From contig CM120641.1 in NCBI GenBank assembly GCA_051362555.1, forward strand, positions 37,640,401-37,704,400: DNA of 64,000 bases, read 5' to 3'. Shown here piece by piece: positions 1 through 13,731 of this stretch (the stretch's first letter is position 1; each line of letters starts with the position of its first letter). The notes below the pieces were generated by a model. That model was not told the origin of the DNA, searched no databases, and saw only the letters and a list, made by a program, of their open reading frames with translations. The DNA comes from Lingula anatina (lineage: Eukaryota > Animalia > Brachiopoda). The position numbers and the translations under genes were made by a program.

Positions 1-238
1 TTGATGTCATAGTATTTCATAATGGTGTGACGGATTTGACGTTTTCTACAACTTGCCTTAATGCACAGTTCTAAAAAAATTTTATTCTTGTTAACAAAAA
101 AATTTATTGATCAGAGTAAAAAGTGTTGATAAAAATTACAATGCTTTTTCATTTTAAAGGGGAACAAATTGTGTTCCTCTTTCAAGCCTCTCCATTCAAA
201 GATTATAATGTACATTTTTAATCTTTTTCATCTGATAG

Positions 239-280
239 GTATGGAGTGCTGCCACATGGACACCTCCTCCTGGTATCTGA
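239..280 (+). CDS. Possible terminal coding exon of an unidentified gene entering from the left (VWSAATWTPPPGI*), followed by an AT-rich 3'UTR-like region
   Basis: T-rich tract ending ...ctgatag at 238, then a short open frame ending TGA at 278-280; AATAAA occurs downstream (e.g. 1466). Frame and identity are not established. Confidence 0.25.
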   Translation, partial: VWSAATWTPPPGI

Positions 281-2166
281 GGATATTGTTAGTGGAACAT
301 GGACAGTGGGATTCAAAAGAAAAGATTTGCGCCATTTTGTTTTGTAAAGAGCTGGAAATGGAACCGTAGTTGAGGGACAGATGATGTATTTTATCCTGGG
401 GTTTTGAAAAGCTGTTAAGAATTGCAAGCTGCAGTTAACAGGGGGGATATGAAAGTTTTCTTCAGTATTTTATAGTTACCGTGGTAACAAGTTGTCTCCC
501 AAAATAAGGTTATAACTTCTATGATTATTATTATGAAAGATAATAGCACAAGATGGACAATATATGTTTACCAATGGTGACCAGTGTTGGACATAGACAG
601 TAGAAACAACTGACCAGAATGGAGACTGAGAAAGCTAATTACCTGGATTGGACAGTTTATTTATCACTGATATGGATGTGGATGGATTATGTCATTTTAA
701 CCTGTGTAAAACACATGGCTACATGCTTGGTTGAGTAGTTTCTTCTATAGCTCGCTTTTGCTCAGAATAGATTAATTGCTCAATGAGACTCTTCGTGTGA
801 TTTTGAGCTTTGATAGCACAGAACAGATTATGAAAAGAAATTGAGCATTCTGACAAACTGTACCGAGCATATTTCATTTGAAGGAATTACTCAAACATAG
901 CATTAAAAAGATTAAAAGAGGAAAAATCATTATTATTGTATGGATGGTACTTCTTTGTTGCTTTCAGAATATTTTTCTGTTTCATTTATCGTCTTGTCAT
1001 GACATGACATACATTATGTGTACATGTAAAAGTACAAGTGAAATAAAAGTTGAGTATATAGCAAAACATGTTCGGAATTTTTTTTACGCTGAATTTTTAC
1101 ACAGTCAGTGGTGGGCCCTGTGCAGCTCATATTTTCTTGGAAATGGCACTATTCTTAGCTTGGTGTTAAAAGGGTCCTAAACATTGAAACTCCTATCAAA
1201 ATAATAGTGAAATTAAGGTTATTCTTAGGGTAACCAATCATAAAATCGGTAAACAAAGGTCACTTTACTTAGAAAATATCATTTGTATTTTAGTGACATT
1301 GTAAAATGTGTTCTGGTTGGAGATGCATTAAAATTACGTGAACGTTTTTAAAAGAATGCAGTAGTTATGTGAAAGAAATTAATGAAAAGTATACTTTACA
1401 TGTCACTAGTCATTTTTGTCTGCATATCCATTAAAGCTTCTTATCTTTCCTAATTCAGAACTTAAATAAAACCATAAACCATTAAAATAAAGTACTTGGC
1501 ATTCTTATTGAAATGTACAGAAAGACGTTCTTGATAACTGGTTGATAGCCTTTTTGTTTTTACGTTCGAAATATATAATTACATTAAACCAATGTAAAAG
1601 CAACAAAGGCTTAAAATAACACACGAAAAGAGTTATGAATCAGAAATGTAAAACAAGTACCTGTTAGCCGTGATACGGAACCAGGATTGGTTCAACGTGC
1701 ACACACGCACACAGCACGGGCGGATGTTCAAGTTTGCATTGATGGGAGTCTAATTTTTTTCTGTCGGAAGACTGTCAAAATGGAGGATGGATCAACAAAG
1801 ATAATTTGGAAGACTATCAGAGAATATCTGTAGATCCGCCCCTGAGTCACACACACATACACGACTTGAGTATCGTCATCTCTCGGGTCTAATCTACGCC
1901 CGCCACATGCCGTAAAAAGCCGGGATTGGATAGGACCGTCTCTGACGTATTCAAACAGATTGTTGATAAAACTGAACTGCTGAGTAGATGCAGTAGTAGA
2001 ATGTAATAATGGATGTATAGAACAGTGAATGAACGAGATGCAGGGAGATTTTAAGTACAGTATACATGTCACTCTAAATCAACAGCTCAGTAGAAAAATA
2101 AGTGCCGTGCGTTATGTAATATTACGTTTCGAGTAGGTGAAAAAATTAACGCCCTGATTTCAAGAA

Positions 2167-2239
2167 GCCCGGTTAGCTCAGTCGGTAGAGCATGGGACTC
2201 TTAATCCCAGGGTCGTGGGTTCGAGCCCCACATTGGGCG
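2167..2239 (+). tRNA. tRNA-Lys, anticodon CTT
   Basis: GCCCGGTTAGCTCAGTCGGTAGAGCATGGGACTCTTAATCCCAGGGTCGTGGGTTCGAGCCCCACATTGGGCG: 73 nt, A box and B box (GGTTCGAGCC), pairing acceptor/anticodon/T stems, near-identical to canonical metazoan tRNA-Lys-CTT; T5 Pol III terminator at 2249-2253. Confidence 0.97.
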
Positions 2240-2485
2240 TGATAATTATTTTTCGTTTTGCCCTCTCATAACTTGAGCATGGCGTATTTCTTTAGCGACA
2301 AAACTTTTAACGCGCCAAACAAATCCAAAAAATACCGATACAGGAAGAGAAGTGTTGTCTGATGACGGTTTGAGTAGTACAGCCATTTTATATGAAAGTG
2401 TAAAATATAGCCTATCCTATCCTTTTATCATTGGTAAATGTGGCACCTGCTTCGATAATATTGCTTTGTTAATCACACTGAGTGT

Positions 2486-2493
2486 CTGTGCGC

Positions 2494-2524
<31 letters not shown>

Positions 2525-2525
2525 T
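2486..2525. repeat. Compound (GC)n(GT)n microsatellite
   Basis: Directly visible dinucleotide runs. Confidence 0.9.
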
Positions 2526-5500
2526 GAAATTGACTGGATAGAGAGCGTTATTGGATCATTGTGTTAGCCGAGACGCATGAACATTTACGAAGGTATTCAG
2601 TGCAGCATTGTTTCAGTTGAGACGTGGATGTAAACACAATCACTTCGTCCTTTTACGATGTTAACTTTTATATAGTCTTCAAGTTCGAGCTTTTTTTCTC
2701 TTCAACACACTAGGAACAGCGGGATTTTTCCTTGATCAGCAATTCTTTGCCGGTAGTTTCTCATTTTCTGTAACATCAGAACTTAAAGAAATTACTTGAC
2801 ATTTATGTAAATAATGCAATTTACTTTCAAAACCCTCTCGACTTTGTTCCTATTTGATCAGATATGAGATATACAAGTAGTTTTTTGTTTCATTCGATCT
2901 AAATTGGTGGAAAACTTAATAGCACTGATGTTCACGTTTTTACCCCTTTTGTTTCATTAAAACTACTTATGGTTTTAATGTTTGTGGAGAAACCACGCAA
3001 AAGTAGTGGTGGTGGAAAATTGGAAAATCGCTTTTAACATAATTGTCTTAAGTTATGATGCTGTACAGTCGGAGCAATTTAATAACACGAATTTTTCTTC
3101 TGAAAATATTTCCGTTTTGTGTCTTGGTTGATGTGTATCTAAACCAAATAAATATCATCTGATCAATGTTAATAGTGCATCAATATACGTACTTATACGT
3201 GTTACAAGCTCTTTGTTTATAGTTAGTAAAAAAAATGTGTACAAATACATTACGTTAAAATATACTTGTACTTAAACTACTGGTACCAATCGCTTACCGC
3301 GTCTCTCTAAAAAGATGCTTAAAAACCTATCATTTGTTATAACTTTAGGGTTGAACTAAAACCTTTGACACCCTGTGTTATGGCATAAATGTGTCTCCAG
3401 TGGATATAGCAGCAATTTATTTGAAGAAAAGCATCTATTTGTGATCTCTCAGGGCTGTCAAGTGACACTTACACAGCCGTCGTGATAACAAACGCGTTCA
3501 TCAACTGACAGTTGCCAAGTGGTAAGGACGTAACCAAGTGACACTGTTCAGTAACACTTGCTGGTCAACTCGCGACACTTCTTGCTCAGATCTTGAACAA
3601 AATTCGCTCCTAAGGCGTAAGTGAAGAGCGTCAGAGAGGACGCTAGAGAGGACTTCTCGCCTTCGTGGTTTACCGCACTTGCCCGTTTCCAGCCGAGGTT
3701 CCTCTTTACAAAATGGCTAATCACGAGTCTCCTATGGACTTCTATGGGGCTAACGAGCGGAGTCTGGCCAATTATTATGAAAAAAAATCCATTACACAAC
3801 TCGGTGGCAAACAGGGTTTTGTCTTGTAATATGTCGTAGGTATCTGAGGTAATTATTTTGGACTTGAAGGCTTGGGGGCTTTCTGCCGTTAATCCACTTG
3901 TACCCCTCTCCAGTGCTCACGCCACCCTACCACGTCCGTCAATAGTTTCACAAGTTGGGTGATGAGGTATAAACAAGAGGGTATTCTTCGCGAGGTCATT
4001 TACATAGTGTTTAATTATGAGTCTTGGTCTCTATTAAGCCCGTGCGTTTCTATTCTGCTATTCTAGTTGACCGTCCATCTGTGCCCTCCTCTGCCTCGTG
4101 GTCCCAACCATTGTTTCAGCCACAATGGCATTTGCACGACACCGACACGACTCGGACTTGGGGAGCCAATTCTGCTGTGTACGTTTCGAGGAGAAATTAC
4201 TGATTACTGCAATCATTGGGCCTCGTAATTGCGCCAAATTAGATTTCTCGTTGTTGTTAATGTGGCTTATTAGCCAATACTTCCCTATCGAACTTTGGAT
4301 TAGTGTAGGAAGCAATTATCCCAGAGGACCAGTTTGACAGCCTTTGAATGACATAAACGTTCTCCTTGTATTCTATGTTAAAACTTCCTTTTTTTTTTTT
4401 TTACTCTTCTGAAATCTAGAGAGAGAGACATTAAAAACGTTCGCGCTGTAGTGTCCATGAATGGCCATTGATCATGCCTCTTCTCTCGTTCTCTCCTCTG
4501 GTCCAGAGCAGTCAGTTGTGGGTGCATATTCTTATCATTATGCGGTAACACACTTATGGTTCTCTTTTCCGACAAAAGGTCCTATTTCTATGAATTTACG
4601 AAAAAAAAATACCGATTTGCATAATGCCGTTTCTGGCTCGTTTGCAGGGAAGCGAATAATGCCCTGTACAATGATATGTACATATCATTTTCTTTTTCTT
4701 TGAGAATTCTCCTGGTATTAACGTCCGATCTATGATTATCGTTTTGATTTTCAGGGTCTGGTCACTTACGCATGTATTACATGATCAACAACAACTACAC
4801 ACTTTTTTCGATTACGTTAATTCTTTAAGTAATCCTAATCAGTTTGTACGTTGTTGTCATTAATTTTTGCAAAGCTGGCCAAGTTGATAATGGAAAACGG
4901 GGCGTGTTGTCAAAACAGTAAGTACTTAAATACTCATAATATACTGCCTTCTTACAAAGTTCCTTTGTGATATTTGATTGTATGTCCATGTTTAATTAAC
5001 GGAACAGAAATCAGTTATTGTTGTCCACAGTCATTATCTTTACAGTTAGGCACGCGTAGAAAGGGTACTTGCTTATATGAAATCACAAACAACGCAGGTA
5101 AATGAAAGTAAATAGTGCCATTACACTGTAATGGGGATAGGAGTTGTTATTCACAGCTTGGAAGATTCAAACCAAAATATTTTAAACGAAACCCGGAAAT
5201 GTCATGTCGTCTTAAGTTTATATAAGGCATGATGCAGTTTTTTCTTGTTTCCCCTATTGCATGGTGACAATAGGGGTTAATTTATTCGTCTGTTTTTTGT
5301 TGAAAACGGCGTTTGTTTCATATTTCTTTTGCAATGATCCCACTTTTCGAGTTTATATCCAGTTCATCAATTCACGAAAACCATTTGTGAGGTTTCTCTC
5401 TACTTACGCCATTCACCTTTATCAATGACACACACAAATTGTTGAGCATAGCCTCTACATTTGTTTTATCATTAAAATTTTGATTTACCAAAGTAATACA

Positions 5501-8500
5501 TTTAACCTGCAGATCTGTGACAGGAAAACAGCCATTTACTAATGAATTGTAGGTGAATTGTGTATGTTCAAAGACCCAAATAAAAATTATTAAAAATGAA
5601 GATAACTCCTTCCTCTTATGACTCTTTTTCTCTTATGACTTCTAGAAAGGCTTATATTAATGAATCAAATTCAACAGTAGCAACAAAATTACTTCGGCGC
5701 TCTTTTTCGCTTTCCGGCTAACCTGAATCTCAACTTTTCATTTTAACTATCATTGTGTATTGTTGTCTCCGCAGACGGCGGCTGACCTTCTTCTGCCTTG
5801 TCGCCCCATCTCCGGCCCGTGGGTGAACTTCTCTACTAAGGATTGACCCGGTCGCAGAGCACCGGGTCATCTAATTGGTGTTCTGACCAACACGTTGCGG
5901 GGCTAATTTCATCCCTGGCGCAGCGCGGAGAAAATTTCGGCGACCATTATACTGTCACTTTGGAGAGGAAGCTAATTACGTTGAGTGAAATTAGCAAGTC
6001 TAAAGTAGCTCTGCTTTTTTCTCTTCTTTTCTCTTGACACGGAGAGGAAGTCTCCTGTTTCAAGTCCATGGGGATCTGTCAACTAGTGACTATGTACAAA
6101 TACCTCAAGTACTTTTATCACCCACTTGGACTGCCTTACAAGTGTTGTCAAGGCAGGAAAGACCGATACAATCCACACATCTGAAGCCAGAACTACGCGT
6201 GCTGCCAATAATGAGTATCACCCCAGTCCCGCTGGTCGCGGCTGGGGTTGACCAGCTTTAAAATCTATGGCTGGTAGTGCATTAGTTTTATCCAAACGAA
6301 ACACAATAGCTGCGTACTGGGCCCATCGCTGAATATAAAAATCGTGATGTGAATAATCAAGAGGCCACTTTTTAAATTCACAAGAAAATATAAAACTGAG
6401 AAAGATTGAAATGTGTTACAAGAGGGTGTTTTCTTTGTTATACACTACTTACGTCTAAACAGATGCTGAAAAATAACTATCACGTCATGATACAATAACA
6501 AAAAAGAAAACATTTTTGACTAGAGCAACACATTTTTATCATTATGTGAAATAGCCTACAGTTTTAGCTGCTTATGATTTCGAATACCTAGAATGATTTT
6601 TTTAAATAAATTGTTTTGAAACTATAACGCTAGGCAGGCATTTTGTTGTCATCCTAAGTAAATCAAAGATAACTGCAACTGCCGTCAAGTGCACAATTTA
6701 ACTATCGACAACGCCCCCAGTTCATCAAGCTTCTGTTGAATAGCCTCGCGGCTAGAGACGAAGGAATCATATGAAGACCCTTCGCGCACCTGCCGCCATG
6801 GCAAATGAAAGCCTCGGAGACGCATTTTGCCGTGTTTTTAGTGCGCAGCTCTTCCTAATTACCTATTTTAACATGTAAAATTGAAAAGTCAGCCCGTCCG
6901 GCTGAGCGGTCTGCTGTCATTACACTGTTATTACAGAGTCGGATGAGCTGAATAGTGACACGGGAGGCGGGCTCCTAGGACCAGGTCGTGTGGATAGCTC
7001 GAGCCGCACGTGTCTCTGGCCCTGCTCGTATTACGGCCCCGGGTTGAATGCAAACAATATCAACAGGTGATAAGGAATATCAAAGACGTCGAAAATTGAA
7101 ATTTGGCCGGTGGTTTTTCACCGTATAATGAATTGTAATTACTAAACGTAAAGCACGTATTAAAAGCACAATTTACTCTCTAATTTACTTCATTCACTGA
7201 AAGTAAGTCTAGAAAAACGAAAGAGAAGGATCAATGGGTAGCAGGTTACAGGACTGATAAAGAAGCATTCAACAGAGCAAACAAATGGGGCATCTGATAT
7301 TTTCAACATAATTGCATTTTTGAACATATACCGGTACATCAAAACGGAATCCGGTAGGGTCAGAAAACGTACTGAATGAGAGAGCGGAGAATTTGCCCGG
7401 AGTGTCGCACGGTTGCTTGGTAGCCTCTTCCAGTTCCGACCAATGGAAGTAGGTGTGTTTCTGCACACAGCCTCCCCAGTGGCCCCGCCGAGATAACTGT
7501 ACATTATTATAGGTCGCCGGCACATTAATCATTCATCATTGTTTTCTAAGTGGACATTACCTGCAAGACGCCGCTGGAGCTGCAGCTTGCAGATTAACCA
7601 AGCTTGAAATTTAGCGTAAACTTTGGCCATAGTTACTGGTTTTGGAATGGTAAATGTGTAATGAAGCGTCCGGTTTTTTATGTTCACCAGCAAGCTAGTA
7701 GCCAGAAGTCAAGCCGGTGCGGCAAAATATTATAAAAAATGCATTGTCGTGGGGATGTTGGTTGAAATCGCCCTTTGCATTCATTATTCGAGTTTCCGAT
7801 ATTCAACATATAAAACTGAATGTAGAGAAATATTAAACTTGGACGAATGATGCACAATGTGTATTATCCGCCCAAGTATAAAATGACTCTGATTCACAAT
7901 TCTTTTTAAATTTATATCGTTTTCTAAATTGATAAAAATTAACTGAAATACGCCAAAACCATCATTCTCATTCTCTTCGTTTTTATCATTCAGTATTTAA
8001 TCTCCAAAAACACTTAATAAGTATTAGTGTTTTCATTAGAAAACTTTATAACATCACGTTAAAATACTAAACTATTGATCAAAAAGGCTGGAATTAGTAA
8101 AATAAAGTTAAGTTTTTCAAGTGGCACCTGTAAGGGGTGTCATTGCAAAATGCAAAAGACGAGCTTCTATCACTGATGGCAAAATGACGTGATTTCAAAT
8201 TTGTTCACTGAAGATCTCCGAGATGTCACGTAAGTGACAGACTGAGCCACTTCTAACCATAAGACACGATGGTGTCAACGTTGGATTGGTTTCTTCCTGT
8301 GTACTATTGTACCTAAACGTGTCGTCTCGCTAGAGACGCGCTTGCCCGCGCTCCGGATATAGTGGAAATAATATAGAGTGCCCACTGCCCTTTTGTCACT
8401 CCGTCTCTCCATTTTTTTCCGCCACATCACTCACGCCGAGGATCAAGTGGCTTTGTTCAGTGAGATTGTCTTAGTCTGTTCACCTCGGGTACCTTTCTGC

Positions 8501-9516
8501 GTCCATTTATTTTCTTCTCTCTAATATAAATAATTGTTCTTATTGTAGTTTTCCGCCAGTTTGAGCATTTGTATGAATGGAATACGTCCTCCCATTTCAA
8601 TTTTGAAAATGAAAATATAAATTTATTTCTTTGATTTCTGGATTTTGAATCTTCCTCTGTAAGTTTTATGATGCAATTAGACGCATAGTTATTTTGTCAC
8701 GCGTTTCCGTGCCTGATCGACATTGATATAATTGAACACATTGTCTTACATATCGTTTCTTTAATTGAGTTTTTCAATAAATGCCACATTCAAGACCGTA
8801 TCACCTCTATTAATTTGTAACTGTATACCTGAATGGACAAGTTGACAGCAAAATAACCTTATTAATTATTACAATTTTTTCTGTTTTGGTGATTTTTTCT
8901 ATTAAAAGTAAAGATTTTTAGACGCAGCTCAAATTTAAGTTCATGAATAGCATTTTACAAGCTTGTACTTCACACTTAAATCACTTAAATAAACAGCAGT
9001 ATTCTTTCAGACAGAAATAATAATTGTAAAGCAAACATTGATTACATTTCGAGGTCACGTCATCGACCTGTGCATGTTGTCAGTGACTGGGGTCACAATT
9101 TTAGATCGATGTCCACGTGTCATGCGCGAATTTCTCGATTGAAGTGAAAATCGATCTCTGCAATGATGGACAAAAATAAATAGCCATCTTTTTATGGTTT
9201 TTGATGGAAAGGGCGATAAGGATGGTTTTGTGTAGAAAGTGCACTTCATGAACGTGGGCTTGTTTTATGGCTGGTGTTCGCATTTAAAGTCAATAGTGGT
9301 GTATTGTGAGAAGTTTACAAGCGTTACAAGCTCGCTTGTTAACAGTCTTCCTAATAGACATTGGCGTCCAAAGTAAATCACCAGGCGGTGACAACAAAGT
9401 GAGACCGGAGCCGAAGCAAGCGGGAATGTTCTTTCTACTTCGGCCAACTCGCATTACGCCGTTAAATGAAACTTACGCAATTCGGCGAAGGGAATGAAAT
9501 AGAATTGATTTAGTCC

Positions 9517-9526
9517 GGCACGCGCC
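9517..9526 (+). promoter_or_regulatory. High-affinity Hairy/E(spl) (HES) class C site GGCACGCGCC upstream of neurogenin
   Basis: Exact 10-mer match to the bHLH-Orange repressor site known upstream of proneural genes; lies 3.5 kb 5' of the neurogenin ATG. Function is inferred. Confidence 0.5.
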
Positions 9527-10194
9527 CGTACGCGGTAGCGATAACGTATCTTTAACAAGGATGGACACTTAATTAACAGGCTTTGAGACGCTGTCACCTA
9601 TGACAAAATGGACTTAACCTATAGTTAATATTACGTGGATAATATAAGGGAGAGAAAGTTATTTCTTGCAAATAACCAACCTGAGAAATACCATCCATTT
9701 CAAGTCACTATAATATTAACCGACAAATTGCTGTCTTTTAAAAGCCTTTTCTGTTACACACTGCCCCATTTAATCAGTACAGAAATGACGGAAAGGATCT
9801 TAAGACTTGCTCTTATCAAATTCAACGACCAAAGCAAAAAAAATGATTTCCGAAATGTTTTGTAATACGTTCAGTACATATGGTTGAATAAAAGGAAAAA
9901 GACACTGAGGATTGCAAAGATTAACGGCAATTTTAAGGATTTACTTTACTATGCGCCATAGTTGTTGATGATATTATGTTGGGTGAACTGACGAATGAGT
10001 TTGTTGGAGGTTGCGCTGAGGTGACAGCAAGCTTAAGACTGAGGAGGGTGGTTTGCGTGTTTCGATTCAACAAGCATCGTACATGTATGATGTGCCTGAA
10101 CAAGGTCGAGGCGAGGGTTTTAATTTGGGCGTGGCCTGCAAGTGAAGCGTCTCTGTTCGGTGCTGAAGTACCTGTATCATTTCCCTTCGCCTAC

Positions 10195-10197
10195 CCC

Positions 10198-10229
<32 letters not shown>

Positions 10230-10231
10230 GC

Positions 10232-10262
<31 letters not shown>

Positions 10263-10277
10263 TTCTCTCTCTCTCTT

Positions 10278-10315
<38 letters not shown>

Positions 10316-10350
10316 CCTCTCTGTTTGTCTCTCTCTCTCTCTCTCTCTTG

Positions 10351-10388
<38 letters not shown>
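10195..10388. repeat. Compound (CT)n/(GT)n microsatellite
   Basis: Directly visible; explains the low-complexity ORFs at 9976-10735. Confidence 0.95.
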
Positions 10389-10389
<1 letters not shown>

Positions 10390-12925
10390 AATAAATTTAA
10401 TCAAACTTAATTCACATTGTCATATATCAAGTTTTGTTCCCCAACGTTTTTTTATGAATGTGTGTGCGTTCTGCGTCATGAATTTTGACGTCTTTACAAA
10501 CGACTTAAATGTGTCTCAGAAATTTTTCTTTGAGTCTACTGTTCAGGATATGCTCTTCTTTGCTATTTCAACCGCACGCTTCCGCAAGGATGATCCATGG
10601 AAACTCAAGGAAATTAATAAACACGACATATGGTGGTTTGGAGCAATTATCGAAAAAGCTTGTACGATTTTCCCGGCTCTTCAGCTTTGTTCCAATTACC
10701 GGCGGCGCGACTCCTTCTCACATTTTATCCAGTGATAGAAAGTGACCCGCAACGTTACTTTAATTAGGAGGGTCAATGTTTTATCAGACGCTTTTGTGTT
10801 CGATTTTTTCTGAAACTTCCTTGTGAAGTGTCTCGATGTTTTTAAAAGAGATTTGTCCCTTCTTTCTTTGATTTAATGTTTGTGGGAAAGCTTCTGAAAA
10901 CATTGTCTCATTAGGTTTCCGCGCCTTTGGAGCGAAGGGGGGAGGTTCGGCGCGGCGTCATCACAAGAGATTTGGCTCTCCGCCACGTGGAAAAAAACAA
11001 TTCAAACACCTAAAAAAAGCTGTCAGGCAGGATATGGATGTAAAATTAGCATGCATGTGTTTTGCCTGATGTGTAGCAAAATTACCAAGGCATGGAAATT
11101 TTCCTTGCCACGCGCTTGTTGAACAATACTCTGTAATATTCATGACAGGTGAGAAAATGCAACACCAAGCAAACCAATGATTAATGCAGGTTATAGCTCT
11201 GTCAATTAACAATAGAATTTAAAAGACGCGAAAGAAGTGTATTTATTACGTTTTTTAATAAATGTGGTACCAGGTGAGGTATTATTTCCGTACGCTCGCT
11301 GCTTTGTGTTCGACAAAGCACACGCTCCTCTTCTTTGTACCACTCACATTTCCTGAGCCATAACCCCACAATTGCCGCTGTCTGGGACTCGTATAGGGTC
11401 ACACAGTGAGCGTGGAAACTTTTTAGGCGAGTTTTTTTACGATACTGACGAGCCACGCTAAGCGCGCTTTTCCCTCTGTCCTCTCTGCTGCATTTTTGAA
11501 ACAACGCGCCTCCAACTTGTCACGCATGCGTGCTGAATGCCTGAGAACAAAGCGACGCTTACACAAAGCTCACAGCTTAGAGCGATTTGCTGTTGCATCG
11601 AGTTTCTTGCAGACAAGAAAAGAGGTCTCCAGAGTTGTTCTCAAAAACAAATCACTTAAAGTATTCACTTCATATTACTATCATTTTTGGTTGCTTTATT
11701 AATAATATTTTCTGTTTAACTTTTTTTCATTCTTCTTGGTTTGAAGAAAACAATTTCGTTTTATGTAATTATTAGTCACAAAAATGATAAGCCTCGACGG
11801 CAAAGAAAAATACGTCACTAGTTTAAAAAGCTGAGAGAACGACAACAACAAAAAGGTTAACTGTAAATTGAAAAAAATAAAAAACACATATATAATACAA
11901 TATATCACATGAGGGAAGACATCGGCTGAATGGAGTTCAAAACAGCATATGTTATACTGTTCTCCCCGGTTAATGGTGAACGTAATTACACAACTAATTG
12001 CCTCTTCGATGAGTTTACGGTGAGTATTGTGGGGCCAACAGAATGATAATCAAGGCAATTGAGAAAGGAAGCAGTCCTTAACACGGTCGTCGTAGAGACT
12101 AAAACAGACAACGAGAAGCTCAGAAATTAGGCCTATTTTTGGGGGGGCTTTTGTTGTTATATACATAGGAGTCACACTTTTATCGAAACTGAGTTTGCCT
12201 GTGTCGCTTGGAAAGATGGCGTTATAGACCCGGTGTCGGTGCGACCGTTTGACTTTCTACAGCCACCAGACAGTTTTATGTTGAAAATGTGCAGACATAT
12301 GAAGAAAATTAGCCAGTAGAAGCGGCACTGTCTTGAACCGCTGTCTGGTCCGCCCCAAAGCGTGGCAGGGTCTGAGCCGCGTGCCATTTTAAGTATTTAA
12401 TCCGACCCTTCAGCGGCGGTGAGGGCACTCCGGTCGCGACTAATGGTCATAGCCACGGTCATCCGCCACAGTTACTTGACCAAGGCGTGATAATGACAGC
12501 GCCTGTGATAATGGACTGTCCCATCTACGTCGATTAAAGGAGCCCAACAATAGCGATATCACATTGTCAATCAAGCTTTGAAATTTTTGTACAACATCTT
12601 GCGACTGGTTGGCTCAGTGTACCCTGTAACATGGCCTCCGGAGACGAGTAAATTGCACCTAACACCACCATTCCGTTCACTTCTAGTCCCGCTGGCTCGG
12701 ACAACAATTAACGTAGTTTTGTGGATGCGCCGCTCCTCTTTTACATAAATCCGTGAAGTTCACACATTTGTTTTGTTTGTCAACATTATCTTGTCAGTCA
12801 GGGGCTAGCAGAGCATGCCACTGTCTCTGGCAGGGCGACAACTGCGCACGTTCATTTGCGCAACTCTCCCCGTCGTGTGCTATTGTGCGCTCGCGTGGCT
12901 GTGAGCCGCAGGCTCCCGTGCCGTT

Positions 12926-12955
12926 ATTGGCTGTCTGTCACCAACTGTATAAATA
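12926..12955 (+). promoter_or_regulatory. Neurogenin core promoter: inverted CCAAT (ATTGG, 12926-12930) and TATA box (TATAAATA, 12948-12955)
   Basis: Canonical motifs 80-110 bp upstream of the ATG at 13036. Confidence 0.7.
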
Positions 12956-13035
12956 CCCGAATCCGAGTAGACTTGACAGATCTCAACTCGACTCCCAAGA
13001 AGCAGCAACTTGAGCGAGAACGTGCTTTTTCAAAG

Positions 13036-13731
13036 ATGTCCGACTTTTCCAACGACAAGATGAAGGAAGAGTTTTTAAGCAATGATGAAAATGACAATCT
13101 TATATTCAGTCGCCAGCACCAAGAAAACAGGCCTATGGACTGCCATAGTGAACAAGCTCATAACAGTGCCGACTCCGGTAAGAAAAAGCGCTACACAAAA
13201 TCACGAATCCGAGCCAGGAGTCCAGCAATGATACAAAAACTAAAGAAAACTCGACGTGTCAAAGCAAACGACAGAGAACGAAATCGCATGCACAATTTGA
13301 ACGATGCATTGGAAAGCTTGAGAAAAATTTTACCGTCCCCCGGTGAAGCTAAACTTACCAAAATTGAGACACTTCGCTTCGCACATAATTATATATGGGC
13401 CATGACGCAGACGATCAAGATGTGCGATTTACAAGAGCGTATGTTACATGGAATCTCGGGAGACAGTGGAAACACAGACTGCTTCCAGTATCCTCAGGGT
13501 GACAGAGCCGGGTTTTATCACAATAACCACCCAGCCAGTCCAGTGTCTTGTATGCAGCAGTTTTCACCGGGTCTCGACCAGTCCTACCCCACCAGCTGGA
13601 CGCCATATAGGAATCATCACAGTGACAACAGCTTCCCCTCAAGTCCCAATTCAGACTGTTCTGATAGCAGAGACAGTGTGTTCTACTCGGCGGACAGCCC
13701 GGACAGTTACAGCTTTATTGGAAGTGTGTGA
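13036..13731 (+). CDS. neurog: Neurogenin (atonal-superfamily proneural bHLH transcription factor), intronless, 231 aa
   Basis: bHLH domain [31 protein letters not shown]...[18 protein letters not shown] is diagnostic of neurogenin/tap; Ser/Pro-rich C-terminus. First ATG downstream of the TATA box is at 13036; AATAAA at 14268-14273. Confidence 0.95.
   Translation: MSDFSNDKMKEEFLSNDENDNLIFSRQHQENRPMDCHSEQAHNSADSGKKKRYTKSRIRARSPAMIQKLKKTRRVKANDRERNRMHNLNDALESLRKILPSPGEAKLTKIETLRFAHNYIWAMTQTIKMCDLQERMLHGISGDSGNTDCFQYPQGDRAGFYHNNHPASPVSCMQQFSPGLDQSYPTSWTPYRNHHSDNSFPSSPNSDCSDSRDSVFYSADSPDSYSFIGSV

Noticed and set aside
9976-10735. Long ORFs of 144 and 197 aa and their antisense partners
   Set aside because: They are translations of (CT)n/(GT)n microsatellite, with low complexity and no domain.
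12856-13035. 60-codon N-terminal extension of the neurogenin ORF in the ORF track
   Set aside because: It starts at a TTG upstream of the TATA box; the first ATG after the promoter is at 13036.
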